Shown: in pieces, positions 40,431 through 50,520 of the stretch
How positions within the stretch are numbered: position 1 is the first letter of the stretch
Layout of the letters: each line of letters starts with the position of its first letter
NCBI GenBank assembly: GCA_021203305.1
Contig: JAJQBK010000052.1
Location: 10,937 to 74,936 of the forward strand
DNA: 64,000 bases
Source of the DNA: Lachnospiraceae bacterium
GTDB taxonomy: Bacteria > Bacillota > Clostridia > Lachnospirales > Lachnospiraceae
Reading direction: 5' to 3'
Program-made: the position numbers and the translations under genes
The notes under the pieces: model-generated
The model's input: only the letters and a program-made list of their open reading frames with translations
What the model was told of the DNA's origin: nothing
Databases searched by the model: none

Positions 40431-40735
40431 TGTGTATTTCCCCTTTCTTACACTGGCTGCCTGTTTTGCTTTGGCCGATTTTTTCGGCGCATGATAAATT
40501 CTACTACATCCATTTTGGAAATAGAAGCGAAACCCATCGCTGTTTTTCGACCCCTCTTTTTCCTCCGCTGTCGTATTCTTTTCGGAAAACCGATGTCCTC
40601 TTTTGTATTTTTCGGGAAACTTTCTTGCACACTTTTCACAATGATGGTATACTGTAAAAGTTTGATTTCCTCTTATATAAATCAGTACATTTTTTTATGT
40701 TAAAATATCTTCTCTTTGGAAAATCGGGAGGTTTT

Positions 40736-42565
40736 ATGAAGCAAAAAAGAGATAACATCCGAAACGTAGCTATCATTGCCCATGTAGACCATGGGAAAAC
40801 CACTCTTGTGGACGAGCTCTTAAAGCAGTCCGGCGTATTTCGTGCCGGCCAGGAGGTGGCGGAACGGGTCATGGACTCCAATGACTTAGAGCGGGAGCGC
40901 GGCATCACCATTCTGTCGAAAAACACGGCCGTCACCTATCACGGATACAAGATCAATATTGTAGATACCCCCGGCCACGCCGACTTCGGAGGCGAGGTGG
41001 AACGGGTTTTAAAAATGGTAAACGGCGTGATTCTGGTGGTGGACGCCTTTGAGGGACCCATGCCGCAGACACGCTTTGTCTTAAGTAAGGCGCTGGAGCT
41101 GAATCTGGCCGTGGTGGTCTGCATCAACAAAATCGACCGCCCGGAGGCCCGCCCTAAAGAGGTGGTGGACGAGGTGCTCGAGCTGCTGATGGATCTGGAC
41201 GCCAATGATGAACAGCTGGAGTGCCCCTTTGTCTTTGCTTCCGCCAAGAGAGGCGTGGCCACCCTGGACCCGGACGAGCCGGGAAAGGATATGACGCCGC
41301 TCTTTGAAACCATCATTCAATCCATTCCCGCTCCTGAGGGCGACCCGGACGCCGGCACCCAGGTGCTGATCTCCACCATCGACTACAATGAGTATGTGGG
41401 CCGCATCGGCGTAGGCAAGGTGGACAATGGCAAAATCGCCGTCAACCAGGAGGTTGTCATCGTCAACCATCACGAGCCCGACAAGCTTAAAAAGGTCAAG
41501 GTCAGCAAGCTCTATGAGTTCGACGGCCTGAATAAAGTGGAGGTAAAGGAGGCTGAAATCGGGTCCATCGTGGCCATCTCCGGCGTCACGGACATCCACA
41601 TCGGCGATACCCTCTGCTCTCCGGACGCGGTGGCTCCCATCCCCTTCCAGAAGATTTCCGAGCCCACCATCGCCATGCACTTCGTGGTCAACGACTCTCC
41701 CCTGGCGGGCATGGAGGGAAAATATGTGACCAGCCGCCACATCCGCGACCGTCTGTTCCGGGAGCTGAATACCGACGTTTCCCTTCGGGTGGAGGGAACC
41801 GAATCCACTGATTCCTTCAAGGTCTCCGGCCGGGGCGAGCTGCATCTGTCCGTACTCATTGAGACCATGCGCCGGGAGGGCTATGAGTTCGCTGTCAGCA
41901 AGGCGGAGGTTCTGTATAAGACCGACGAGCAGGGCCATAAGCTGGAGCCCATGGAATTAGCCTACATCGATGTGCCGGAGGAATTCTCCGGGATTGTCAT
42001 CGAGAAGCTGTCCCAGCGCAAAGGCGAGCTTTTAAATATGGGCCGGGGCACCGGCGGCTACACAAGGCTGGAATTCTCCATCCCCTCCAGAGGCCTGATC
42101 GGCTACCGGGGAGATTTCATGACCGATACCAAGGGCAACGGCATCCTGAACACCATCTTCAACGGCTATGAGCCCTTCAAGGGAGAAATCAACTACCGCC
42201 GTCAGGGCTCCCTCATCGCTTTCGAGGCGGGCGAGGCCGTCACCTATGGGCTGTTTAATGCCCAGGAGCGGGGCGCCCTCTTCATCGGCCCCGGCGAAAG
42301 GGTCTACTCCGGCATGGTGATCGGTGAATCCGGCAAGGGCGAGGACATTGAGATCAACGTGTGCAAGACAAAGCACCTGACCAACACCCGTTCCTCCTCC
42401 GCGGACGAAGCCCTGCACCTGACTCCCAAAAAGGAAATGAGCCTGGAGCAGTGCCTGGATTTCATCGATACCGACGAATATCTGGAGGTCACCCCGAAGA
42501 GTCTGCGGATTCGCAAGAAAATCCTCGATCCCACCCTGCGCAAGCGGGCCGCCATGCGCAAATAA
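40736..42565 (+). CDS. typA: Translational GTPase TypA/BipA
   Basis: [33 protein letters not shown] and NKIDR motifs. GGGAGG RBS before the ATG at 40736. Confidence 0.96.
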   Translation: MKQKRDNIRNVAIIAHVDHGKTTLVDELLKQSGVFRAGQEVAERVMDSNDLERERGITILSKNTAVTYHGYKINIVDTPGHADFGGEVERVLKMVNGVILVVDAFEGPMPQTRFVLSKALELNLAVVVCINKIDRPEARPKEVVDEVLELLMDLDANDEQLECPFVFASAKRGVATLDPDEPGKDMTPLFETIIQSIPAPEGDPDAGTQVLISTIDYNEYVGRIGVGKVDNGKIAVNQEVVIVNHHEPDKLKKVKVSKLYEFDGLNKVEVKEAEIGSIVAISGVTDIHIGDTLCSPDAVAPIPFQKISEPTIAMHFVVNDSPLAGMEGKYVTSRHIRDRLFRELNTDVSLRVEGTESTDSFKVSGRGELHLSVLIETMRREGYEFAVSKAEVLYKTDEQGHKLEPMELAYIDVPEEFSGIVIEKLSQRKGELLNMGRGTGGYTRLEFSIPSRGLIGYRGDFMTDTKGNGILNTIFNGYEPFKGEINYRRQGSLIAFEAGEAVTYGLFNAQERGALFIGPGERVYSGMVIGESGKGEDIEINVCKTKHLTNTRSSSADEALHLTPKKEMSLEQCLDFIDTDEYLEVTPKSLRIRKKILDPTLRKRAAMRK

Positions 42566-42688
42566 CAATATCTCCTTCCCGTTATCTTCTTCGCTTCTTC
42601 GCCCGGGTCACGGAAATCTGAGGGATTCCCATGACCTTGACGCGAATTTGGAGGTGGTTCTCATGAACCATTGACAGTATAGCACAAC

Positions 42689-42732
42689 AAAAAACGCGAT
42701 TCGGACGATATATCGACCCAATCGCGTTTTTT
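42689..42732. terminator. Bidirectional terminator between typA and pspA, with a palindromic loop
   Basis: AAAAAACGCGATT-[CGGACGATATATCGACCC]-AATCGCGTTTTTT. The loop 20-mer recurs at 62222-62241. Confidence 0.7.
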
Positions 42733-42824
42733 CTTTCTTTTTTTGATTGACGACAGGAAATAAAAACAGTCAGAGGTTCCAGACCTCACTCAGCTTCTGT
42801 CAGATTTCACTTCCCATAACCGGC

Positions 42825-43508
42825 CTACAGCCCCAGCTCCTCCTTCAGAGCCGCCAGATCCGACTCCACGGACGCGCTGTGCTCGTCAAACCTGTATTTC
42901 TTCTCCAGCTCCGCGGCCTTGTCATAGCCGGCCGCCTCATTCAGCTCGCCCATGGCAGTGGCCTTATTGAGCATCTGATCCGCCTTCTCCTCCATGCGGG
43001 AGAACGCGCCCAGCGTGCTGTTGTACTTGTCAGCGGACTCCGCGTACTTGTTGACCTTCTCCTGGGTCTTGGCTACGCTGACCTTGGACTTGATGGACTC
43101 CTTGCGTGTCTTTAAGGTCTGGATGTCGTCCGTCAGCTTGTCATGGAGCTGGCGCATCTTCTGGGAATTCAGCTTCGCCGCGTCGTAGGAGGCTTGTAAG
43201 CTCTCCTGCTGGGCCGCCAGCTTCTGCTTGGAAGCCAGGAACACTCTGGCGTCCTCCTCATTGCCGGCTTCCAGAGCCTTTCTGGCAAGCTGGACGTATT
43301 TGTCCATCTCCTTCTGATTCTCATCCAGCGCTTTCTTGCAGCGCTTCTCCTCCGCCATGACGGTGGCGGTCTCCTCCTTCACCTCCGCCAGGTCCTTGCT
43401 CAGATCAATCAGATATTGATCCACCAGCTTGGACGGGTCCTCATACTTGTCCAGAATGGCGTTGATATTGGACTTGATGATGTCATTGAACCTCGATAAA
43501 ATGCTCAT
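42825..43508 (-). CDS. pspA: PspA/IM30 family protein
   Basis: MSILSRFNDIIKSNINAILDKYEDP... and long coiled-coil heptads. Confidence 0.9.
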   Translation of the reverse strand: MSILSRFNDIIKSNINAILDKYEDPSKLVDQYLIDLSKDLAEVKEETATVMAEEKRCKKALDENQKEMDKYVQLARKALEAGNEEDARVFLASKQKLAAQQESLQASYDAAKLNSQKMRQLHDKLTDDIQTLKTRKESIKSKVSVAKTQEKVNKYAESADKYNSTLGAFSRMEEKADQMLNKATAMGELNEAAGYDKAAELEKKYRFDEHSASVESDLAALKEELGL

Positions 43509-43511
43509 TTG

Positions 43512-44672
43512 CTATACACCTCCCTGTGGTTTGTTATTCTGCGTGTTTTCGTATTTCTTTGCCAGATCCTCGGCGTCGGTATCCCCGAATTTATGGAGAG
43601 GCGTATTCAGGATATCCTGCGCCCGCTTTTCCTCCTCGGCCTTCTTTTCCTTGGATTTGAGCCACCATCTGTATAATAACACAACAACGCCCACGCCCGC
43701 AAGCACAATCACAACAGCCGCCACTGCTCTCACGGCCCTTACCCAGGCCGGCGTGGTCACCGTCATAATACGTTCGCCCGCGTCCTCAAAGGCATAGGAA
43801 AAGAAATGCTCGTCCGTGTCCGCCTCATAATAATAATAGTCCAGATAATCAAACAGAATATCGCAGGCCTCGGAATCCATGAGCGTACCGGTCTGGGCGC
43901 CCAGCCACAGGGTATACTCATAATATCCGCCGTAATCCCAGAACACTAAAAGGATATGCCCCTGATCCGTAAAAAGCGCCTCGTACTGCTCCTCAGCAAA
44001 GGCTTCCAACTGCTCTGTCGTAGGATTGTAATTGCCGTCAATATTGTTGATGATGTAAACATAGGGGGCGATTCCCGTATCATTGTAAAAGCTGATCAGG
44101 CCGCTCTCCAGCTGGCTTGAGTTATGGATCCAGCCAGCCTCGTCCGTATAATAGCCCGCGGTCAGGTTCAGATCCAGATCCAGCTTCTCCCGCTCAATGG
44201 TGGACGTGGTAATATTGGCCGTGGATGTGGCCCGGGTGGAAACTGACCCGTATGTTCCGCGCCCGACACCGGTAAACAGTGCTGAAAGAATCAGCAATAC
44301 CAGAATAATTCCAAACAGGGAGGAGCCCAGGCATCCGCCACCTCTGCCGTATCCGTCTCCATAATATCTTGGTCCGAAAAAGAACCATCTCCGTCTCGGC
44401 CTTCTGGGCGGACGGGGACCTCCTCCGGGACCGCCCATCGGCCCGCCCATGGGGCCAGCGCCGCCTCTGGGCGCGCCTCCGCCCATTCCGCTTCTTCCTC
44501 CGGTTCCATAGCCGCCGCTGCCCAAACCGCTTCTGCCACTGCTGCCGCCGCCTCCCAGGCCGCTTCTGCCACTGCTACTGCCGCCAAAACCTCCACCGCC
44601 GCTTCTGCCGCCTCCGCTGTGGCCGCCCATTCCGCGGCCGCCTCCGGAAAAGCCGCCTCCGCTTCTGCCCAT
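43512..44672 (-). CDS. Two-TM membrane protein: Gly/Arg-rich disordered N-terminus plus a TPM-like external domain
   Basis: About 115 aa of GGG/RSG repeats, TM1 (LFGIILVLLILSALFTGV), a domain of about 210 aa resembling TPM (YYTDEAGWIHNSSQLESGLISFYNDTGIAPYVYIINNI...GHILLVF), TM2 and a charged tail. 3 nt upstream of pspA. Confidence 0.45.
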   Translation of the reverse strand: MGRSGGGFSGGGRGMGGHSGGGRSGGGGFGGSSSGRSGLGGGGSSGRSGLGSGGYGTGGRSGMGGGAPRGGAGPMGGPMGGPGGGPRPPRRPRRRWFFFGPRYYGDGYGRGGGCLGSSLFGIILVLLILSALFTGVGRGTYGSVSTRATSTANITTSTIEREKLDLDLNLTAGYYTDEAGWIHNSSQLESGLISFYNDTGIAPYVYIINNIDGNYNPTTEQLEAFAEEQYEALFTDQGHILLVFWDYGGYYEYTLWLGAQTGTLMDSEACDILFDYLDYYYYEADTDEHFFSYAFEDAGERIMTVTTPAWVRAVRAVAAVVIVLAGVGVVVLLYRWWLKSKEKKAEEEKRAQDILNTPLHKFGDTDAEDLAKKYENTQNNKPQGGV

Positions 44673-44684
44673 ATTATGTCCTCC

Positions 44685-46043
44685 TTACAACATATCCGCC
44701 AGTATATGACTGGCAATCTGAAAATATAACAATAACGAAATCGCGTCCACAATGGTGGTGATAAAGGGACTTGCCATCACCGCCGGGTCAAAGCCCAGCT
44801 TTTTGGCTCCCATGGGCAAAAGACACCCCACCATCTTGGCGCAGCACACCGTCACCAGCATGGTCACAGCCACCACAAAGGCCACCTGGGTTCCCACCCG
44901 GTCATACAGCCACACCTTGAAAAAGCCCACCACCGCCAGACAGGCGCCGCACAAAAGCGCCACCCGGATTTCCTTCCAGACGATCTTCGGCAGACTTCCC
45001 TTCTCCACCTCGTCCAGAGACAGGGCGCGGATGATGGAGACGCTGGCCTGTCCGCCGGCGTTTCCGCCGGTATCCATGAGCATGGGGATGAAAAAGCTTA
45101 GGCTGGCGCAGGCCGCCAGCGCCGTCTCGAAGGACGCCATGATTCTGGAGGTAAAGGTGGCGGATACCATCAGAAGCATCAGCCAGGGAATCCGCTTCCA
45201 GAAGGTTTCCACAACGCCCGTTTTCATGTAAGGCTTGTCGGTAGGCACAATGGCCGCCATCTTTTCAATATCCTCAGTGGTCTCCTCCTGCAGGATGTCC
45301 ACGATGTCGTCCACCGTGACGATACCCACCATGCGGCTCTCATTGTCCACCACCGGCATGGCCATCAGGTCGTATTTCTGGAACTGCCTGGCCACCGCCT
45401 CCTGGTCGGTCAGCGTGTTCACGGAGATCACGTGGGTGTCCATGATGTCCTCAATAAAGGCCTTCGGATCGCTGATCACCAGCTTGCGCAGGGTGACAAT
45501 TCCCACCAAAAGTCGGGACGGATCCAGCACATAACAGATGTTGCTGGTCTCGGAATCCAGGCCGATCTTTCGAATCCTGTCCAGGGCCCCGGCGACGGTA
45601 TTATTCTCCTTCAGCTCCACGTACTCCACCGTCATGATGCTGCCGGCGCTGTCCTCCGGGTACTGGAGCAGCTGGTTGATATCCCGGCGGGTATCGGGGC
45701 TTGCGTTGGCCAGAATCTTTTTTACGATGTTGGCGGGCATCTCGTCAAGGAAGTCCGCCGCGTCGTCCGCCTGCAGCCTGTCAATGAGCCGCCCGGCGTC
45801 CCTGTCGGAGAGGGAGGTGATGACCATCTGCTGCTGATCCACTTCCATATAGGAAAAAATATCCGCTGCCAGATCCTTGGGCAGAATGCGGAACACCGTC
45901 TTGACGTCCTCTTCCTCCAGTCTGGCGAGAGCGGCGGCGATATCCGCCTCGTTCATCTGCGTCAGCGCCTGCCGAAGATTGGTATACTGTTTCTGTTCCA
46001 GAAAGGTAGCTATCATTTCCAGCTGTTCATCGATTGTATTCAT
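44685..46043 (-). CDS. mgtE: Magnesium transporter MgtE
   Basis: MgtE N-domain, a CBS pair and a TM domain with the MDTGGNAGGQAS motif. Confidence 0.95.
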   Translation of the reverse strand: MNTIDEQLEMIATFLEQKQYTNLRQALTQMNEADIAAALARLEEEDVKTVFRILPKDLAADIFSYMEVDQQQMVITSLSDRDAGRLIDRLQADDAADFLDEMPANIVKKILANASPDTRRDINQLLQYPEDSAGSIMTVEYVELKENNTVAGALDRIRKIGLDSETSNICYVLDPSRLLVGIVTLRKLVISDPKAFIEDIMDTHVISVNTLTDQEAVARQFQKYDLMAMPVVDNESRMVGIVTVDDIVDILQEETTEDIEKMAAIVPTDKPYMKTGVVETFWKRIPWLMLLMVSATFTSRIMASFETALAACASLSFFIPMLMDTGGNAGGQASVSIIRALSLDEVEKGSLPKIVWKEIRVALLCGACLAVVGFFKVWLYDRVGTQVAFVVAVTMLVTVCCAKMVGCLLPMGAKKLGFDPAVMASPFITTIVDAISLLLYFQIASHILADML

Positions 46044-46052
46044 GGCTTCCTC

Positions 46053-46703
46053 CTATTCCGGAACCGGATAAAACACCTCTTCCAGCTCCCTGATCCGGCC
46101 GCGTCCCGCGGTAGCCTCAGTCACTTCCTTCGTAAAATCAGAAATTTCCTCCTCCGGGATCAGGACTCTTAAGCACACCCGATCCGTGTATTCGCTGCTC
46201 TCCTGCGTCAGATTTCTCCTGCCAAGCAAATACAATATCTTCCCGATGCCGTTGTAGTCCGTCTCGATCTCCACTCGTCTTCCGCTTTTCATGATGGCTG
46301 TCGGGCAAAGCTTCAGTGCCTCCTGCGCCGCCTGGGTGTAGGCCCTCACCAGGCCTCCCGCCCCCAGAAGCACCCCGCCGAAATACCGGGTCACCACCAC
46401 CGCCGCGTTCTTAAGCTCCGCCCCCTGCAGCACCTCCAGCATGGGCCGCCCCGCCGTCCCGGAGGGCTCCCCATCATCGCTGGAGCGCGCAAGCTCCCCA
46501 CGCGGCCCCACCACAAAAGCGTAGCAGTTGTGCCGGGCGTCATAGTAGCGCTTCCTCATCTGCTCCACAAAGGCCATGGCCTCCTCCTCGCTTTCCACCG
46601 CGCGGATATTGGCGATAAAGCGGGATCTCTTCTCCACGATTTCCCCTGTGTATATCTGTATTCGGTTCTCCTGACTGTAAATAACCCGATAGCTTTCCAT
46701 CAC
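46053..46703 (-). CDS. yigZ: YigZ/IMPACT family protein
   Basis: UPF0029 N-terminal domain (KRSRFIA..., ARHNCYAF) and a DUF1949-like C-terminus. Confidence 0.85.
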   Translation of the reverse strand: MMESYRVIYSQENRIQIYTGEIVEKRSRFIANIRAVESEEEAMAFVEQMRKRYYDARHNCYAFVVGPRGELARSSDDGEPSGTAGRPMLEVLQGAELKNAAVVVTRYFGGVLLGAGGLVRAYTQAAQEALKLCPTAIMKSGRRVEIETDYNGIGKILYLLGRRNLTQESSEYTDRVCLRVLIPEEEISDFTKEVTEATAGRGRIRELEEVFYPVPE

Positions 46704-46876
46704 CGCTTATCATACCCTTTTTGGGAACTTTTTGCAACCGGGTTTACGGGATTTTTACAGCCCGTCTGACTGCAAACGAATGCAATCAAACGGGCCATGC
46801 CGTCATAAAATAATTTTACATTTTTTTACAGCTGTCTGTACCATTCCGGGACTCCATGTTTTCCCGCTTCTCCCTC

Positions 46877-48574
46877 TTACGTTGTCTTCGGCAGCTTAAA
46901 TGAGCTTTTCAGCGACACAATCCGGTTGAACACCAGCTTCTCCGGCGTGGTATCTTTATAGTCCACACAGAAAAAGCCCTGTCTGACAAACTGGAAGCGG
47001 TCAAAGGCTTTCGCGTCCTTCACGGAAGGTTCCACATAGCAGGTGCGGACAGTCAGGGAATTGGGGTTCAGGTTCAGGCTTCCGTCCTCATTATATACCC
47101 CCTTCTCCTCATCCACGATATTTTCATAGAGGCGGACCTCAGCCTTTAAAGCGGTGTCGGCGCAGACCCAGTGGATGGTGCCCTTCACCTTGCGGGCGTT
47201 GAAGCCGGAACCGGATCTGGTCTCGGGGTCATAGGTACAGTGAACCTCCGTAACCCTGCCCTCTTCATCCTTCACAAAGTCCACGCACTTCACAAAATAG
47301 GCGTTCATCAGGCGCACCTCATTGCCGGGGAAGAGGCGGAAATATTTCCTCGGGGGCTCCTCCATGAAGTCCTCCCGGTCGATATATAATACTTTCCCAA
47401 AGGGCACCTTCCGGGAGCCGAGCGCCTCATTTTCCAGATTATTCGGAGCGTCCAGCCATTCAATCTCTCCCTCCGGATAATTGTCAATGATCAGCTTAAT
47501 GGGGTCAAGAACCGCCATAACCCGGGGACTTTTCAGCTTCAAGTCCTCGCGGATACAGTATTCTAAAGCGGCATAATCCGCGATGGAATTGGCCTTGGAG
47601 ACGCCGCACATTTCCACAAACATTCTGATGGACTCCGGGGTGAAGCCCCTGCGGCGCAGGGCCGCGATGGACACAAGCCTGGGGTCGTCCCAGCCGTCCA
47701 CAATGCCCTCCTGCACCAGCTTCTTGATATAGCGCTTGCCGGTGATCACATTTTTCAGATAGAGCTTGGCGAACTCGATCTGGCGGGGCGGATGGGGGTA
47801 TTCCAGCTCTCTGACCACCCAGTCGTACAGGGGACGGTGATCCTCAAACTCCAACGTACAGATGGAGTGAGTGATTCCCTCGATGGCGTCCTCGATCGGG
47901 TGGGCAAAATCATACATGGGGTAAATGCACCACCTGTCCCCGGTATTGTGATGGCTCATGTGGGCCACGCGGTAAATCACCGGGTCGCGCATATTCATAT
48001 TGGGGCTGGCCATGTCGATGCGGGCGCGCAGCACCTTCTCGCCGTCGGCATATCTGCCCTCCTTCATCTCCTCAAATAAGGTCAGATTCTCCTCAACGCT
48101 TCTGGCGGAATAAGGATCCTCCCTGCCCGGCTCTGTCAGCGTGCCCCTGTACTCTCTGATCTGCTCCGCGGAGAGGTCGGACACATAAGCCTTCCCCTTT
48201 CTGATCAGCTTCACCGCGCCCTCATACATCTGGTCAAAATAATCGGAGGCAAAAAACAGCCGATCCTCCCAGTCCGCGCCCAGCCAGGCCACGTCCGCCT
48301 TGATGGACTCCACAAATTCGGTGTCCTCCTTGGTGGGATTGGTGTTGTCAAAGCGCATGTTGAACTTGCCGCCATACTCCTGAGCAAGCCCGTAATTTAA
48401 CAGGATGCTCTTGGCGTGTCCGATATGCAGATAGCCGTTTGGCTCCGGTGGAAAACGGGTATGCACAGTGTCGTACACGCCCTCCTTAAGATCCTTGTCA
48501 ATTTCCAATTCAATAAAGTTTCTGGATACGGCTGTCTTTTCCTCTTCCAGCAATGTGGTTCTCTCCTCGCTCAT
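46877..48574 (-). CDS. glnS: Glutamine--tRNA ligase
   Basis: HIGH motif ([14 protein letters not shown]). Long colinear similarity to E. coli GlnRS ([36 protein letters not shown]). Confidence 0.95.
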   Translation of the reverse strand: MSEERTTLLEEEKTAVSRNFIELEIDKDLKEGVYDTVHTRFPPEPNGYLHIGHAKSILLNYGLAQEYGGKFNMRFDNTNPTKEDTEFVESIKADVAWLGADWEDRLFFASDYFDQMYEGAVKLIRKGKAYVSDLSAEQIREYRGTLTEPGREDPYSARSVEENLTLFEEMKEGRYADGEKVLRARIDMASPNMNMRDPVIYRVAHMSHHNTGDRWCIYPMYDFAHPIEDAIEGITHSICTLEFEDHRPLYDWVVRELEYPHPPRQIEFAKLYLKNVITGKRYIKKLVQEGIVDGWDDPRLVSIAALRRRGFTPESIRMFVEMCGVSKANSIADYAALEYCIREDLKLKSPRVMAVLDPIKLIIDNYPEGEIEWLDAPNNLENEALGSRKVPFGKVLYIDREDFMEEPPRKYFRLFPGNEVRLMNAYFVKCVDFVKDEEGRVTEVHCTYDPETRSGSGFNARKVKGTIHWVCADTALKAEVRLYENIVDEEKGVYNEDGSLNLNPNSLTVRTCYVEPSVKDAKAFDRFQFVRQGFFCVDYKDTTPEKLVFNRIVSLKSSFKLPKTT

Positions 48575-48652
48575 AATCACTCACCCGTCATATTTTCAAA
48601 ATTATTCCGCAGCTTCAGCGGACATCATGAGCCATTTTCCACCCCCTGAGGG

Positions 48653-48692
48653 GATATAGTAAACGGCAAATTTATATGTCGTTTACTATATC
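48653..48692. repeat. Perfect 13-bp AT-rich inverted repeat between the anti-sigma gene and glnS
   Basis: GATATAGTAAACG-N14-CGTTTACTATATC. No clear U-tract on the minus strand, so it may be a terminator, a processing site or an operator. Confidence 0.4.
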
Positions 48693-48734
48693 ATATTTCA
48701 TTTTTAAATTCAATAGCTGCTGTTTACTCTGCCG

Positions 48735-49838
48735 CTACTCCGCCGCCCCATAGCTGAGCGTCCCCGTCAGATATTCCCGGCTGACCGCGGGGACACAACA
48801 GACGTACACCATATCCTCCTCAACCACCACCGTAAACTGATAATAGGGCATGTAAATCAATGTTTCAGCACTGGCCAGATAGCGCAGCTCCACGGAAACC
48901 GTCTCCGCGCTGTCAGCGTCCTCCGCTGAAAGGTCCGCGGACGACAGATAATACCCCTGCCGCAGAAACTCCTCCGCCTCCTCCTGGGTGATCACCGGAT
49001 AATCGCCCAGTTTCTCGATCAGGCTTGCATGGACCGCATCGTCCGCTCCGCTGTATGTCATACCGTTTTCTGCGGATTCTTCGCCGGAAGCGGCCCCAGC
49101 CTGGCCGGCTTCCTCCTCTGAAGTCTCTGAAACATCATCCTGCCCCGCGAACCTGTACACTGGAAGAGTCTCCAAGCTCTCTACGGACAGGGCGGCGTCA
49201 ATCTCCTCCTGCACCAGCTTCACCAGCTCCGTCATTTCCGCGTATTCCTCCTCCGACAGTGATGAAGTGTCAAAGCCCGGAATATATACCTCTGCCAGCC
49301 GCAAAGCCGGTAATGCCGCGGATTCCGTCAGCGCTCCCTCCTCACTCTCTTTATCCGCCGCGGACTCAGCAGTTTCCGTTTCTTCTGTCACCGCAGTGGA
49401 CTTTTCTGTTTCCGCCGTGGATTCTGTTGTCGCCGTTTTTGTGTCTTCTCCGGAAACAGACTCCGTCTCCGCCTCCTCCACGGTCGTTTCCTCCTCCGCG
49501 GTATCAGCCGTGATTGCATCGGATTCCTGCATACTGAAGGAGCTTGTGCTGTTGCTCCTGCCGGTGCCAAAGCTTCTGCGGATATATCCGCCGCCGGCCA
49601 CGCACACCAGCAGCAGAACCGCCGCCGCGATCATCCCTGCCGCCATATGCCGGTGTCCCGCTGTTTTCAGGAAGAAATGTCTGTGTGCCCGTTCTCTCCT
49701 CCGGACATGTTTTTCCCCATTTTTCTCCGTGTCTGATGAACCGGCGTCTTCGTGCTCTTCCCCCATCGGCTCCTCACAGGAATACAGCAGCTCCTCCCCG
49801 GTCTGCCCCAGGGCTTCCAGAATATCCATAGCCGTCAT
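48735..49838 (-). CDS. Putative membrane-anchored anti-sigma factor, second pair
   Basis: ATGA start/stop overlap with the sigma gene. N-terminal MTAMDILEALGQTGEELL, one TM (MAAGMIAAAVLLLVCVAGGGY) and an acidic E/T/S/A-rich linker before the C-terminal domain. Confidence 0.55.
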   Translation of the reverse strand: MTAMDILEALGQTGEELLYSCEEPMGEEHEDAGSSDTEKNGEKHVRRRERAHRHFFLKTAGHRHMAAGMIAAAVLLLVCVAGGGYIRRSFGTGRSNSTSSFSMQESDAITADTAEEETTVEEAETESVSGEDTKTATTESTAETEKSTAVTEETETAESAADKESEEGALTESAALPALRLAEVYIPGFDTSSLSEEEYAEMTELVKLVQEEIDAALSVESLETLPVYRFAGQDDVSETSEEEAGQAGAASGEESAENGMTYSGADDAVHASLIEKLGDYPVITQEEAEEFLRQGYYLSSADLSAEDADSAETVSVELRYLASAETLIYMPYYQFTVVVEEDMVYVCCVPAVSREYLTGTLSYGAAE

Positions 49839-50395
49839 ACCGCCCATCCCTCCTTTTGCAGATACGCCGCCAGCTTTTTGCGGGTGCGGGATAAAATCAC
49901 CGGCACATGATTTTCCCGGAGATTATAACGCGCCGCCACCTCTTTTGCGGAGTACATATAAAAATATCTCTGCAGAAAAATATTCCTCTCCCGCTCCGGC
50001 AGAGTATGTAAAAACCGGTTGATGGTCTCCGCCAGCTCCTTCGCCTGAACCTCGCTCTCCACATCCTTCGTATCCGCCACACACTCAGCAAGCTCCTCCA
50101 GCGCCAGAGAAAGCTCCCCGCCTCCCCGCTTTCCGGCATGTTTATTTTTCCAGACGTCCAGTGAAAGATTTCTGGTGATCTTTCCCAGAAAAAGGCGCAG
50201 ATAGCCGGGCTTCTGAGGAGGCATGGAATTCCAGGCCCTCAGCCAGGTATCGTTGACGCACTCCTCCGAATCCTCTTTATTCTCCAGAATATTATAAGCG
50301 ATCGTATGGCAGTAGGGGCCGTATTTTAAGTCCGTCTCCCGGATCGCCCGCTCATTTCTGTCCCAGTACAGTCCGATAATCGCAATGTCCTCCAT
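49835..50395 (-). CDS. ECF-type sigma-70 family sigma factor, paralog of 1605-2174
   Basis: MEDIAIIGLYWDRNERAI..., DSEECVNDTWLRAWNSMPPQKP and a region 4 HTH. GGGAGG RBS. The ORF-track TTG extension was rejected. Confidence 0.85.
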   Translation of the reverse strand: MEDIAIIGLYWDRNERAIRETDLKYGPYCHTIAYNILENKEDSEECVNDTWLRAWNSMPPQKPGYLRLFLGKITRNLSLDVWKNKHAGKRGGGELSLALEELAECVADTKDVESEVQAKELAETINRFLHTLPERERNIFLQRYFYMYSAKEVAARYNLRENHVPVILSRTRKKLAAYLQKEGWAV

Positions 50396-50418
50396 CCGTA
50401 GTACCTCCCTCTCTATAT

Positions 50419-50444
50419 GACGCAAAAAAGCCCGAATTATTTCA
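50419..50444 (-). promoter_or_regulatory. ECF-type promoter, TGAAAT-N16-CGTC
   Basis: Minus-strand TGAAAT (50444-50439), 16 nt, then CGTCATATA (50422 downward). About 25 nt upstream of the ATG at 50395. Confidence 0.5.
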
Positions 50445-50463
50445 GGCTTTCTTATTTTTGTTC

Positions 50464-50497
50464 TGAAAAGGGCTCGCCTGCGGCGAGCCCTTTTTTT
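50464..50497 (-). terminator. Terminator of kdgK (bidirectional hairpin)
   Basis: GGGCTCGCC-TGC-GGCGAGCCC flanked by A/T runs. Confidence 0.7.
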
Positions 50498-50520
50498 GCA
50501 TTTGAATACTGAAAATATCC

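Noticed and set aside
46704-46876. M-box (Mg2+) riboswitch upstream of yigZ-mgtE
   Set aside because: The 170-nt region shows none of the conserved M-box helices or motifs that I can recognise, and mgtE is not the first gene of the operon.
48575-48734. T-box leader upstream of glnS
   Set aside because: The gap is only about 150 nt, with no specifier-loop or T-box sequence (AANNNGGUGGNACCGCG-like). It contains just an AT-rich perfect hairpin.
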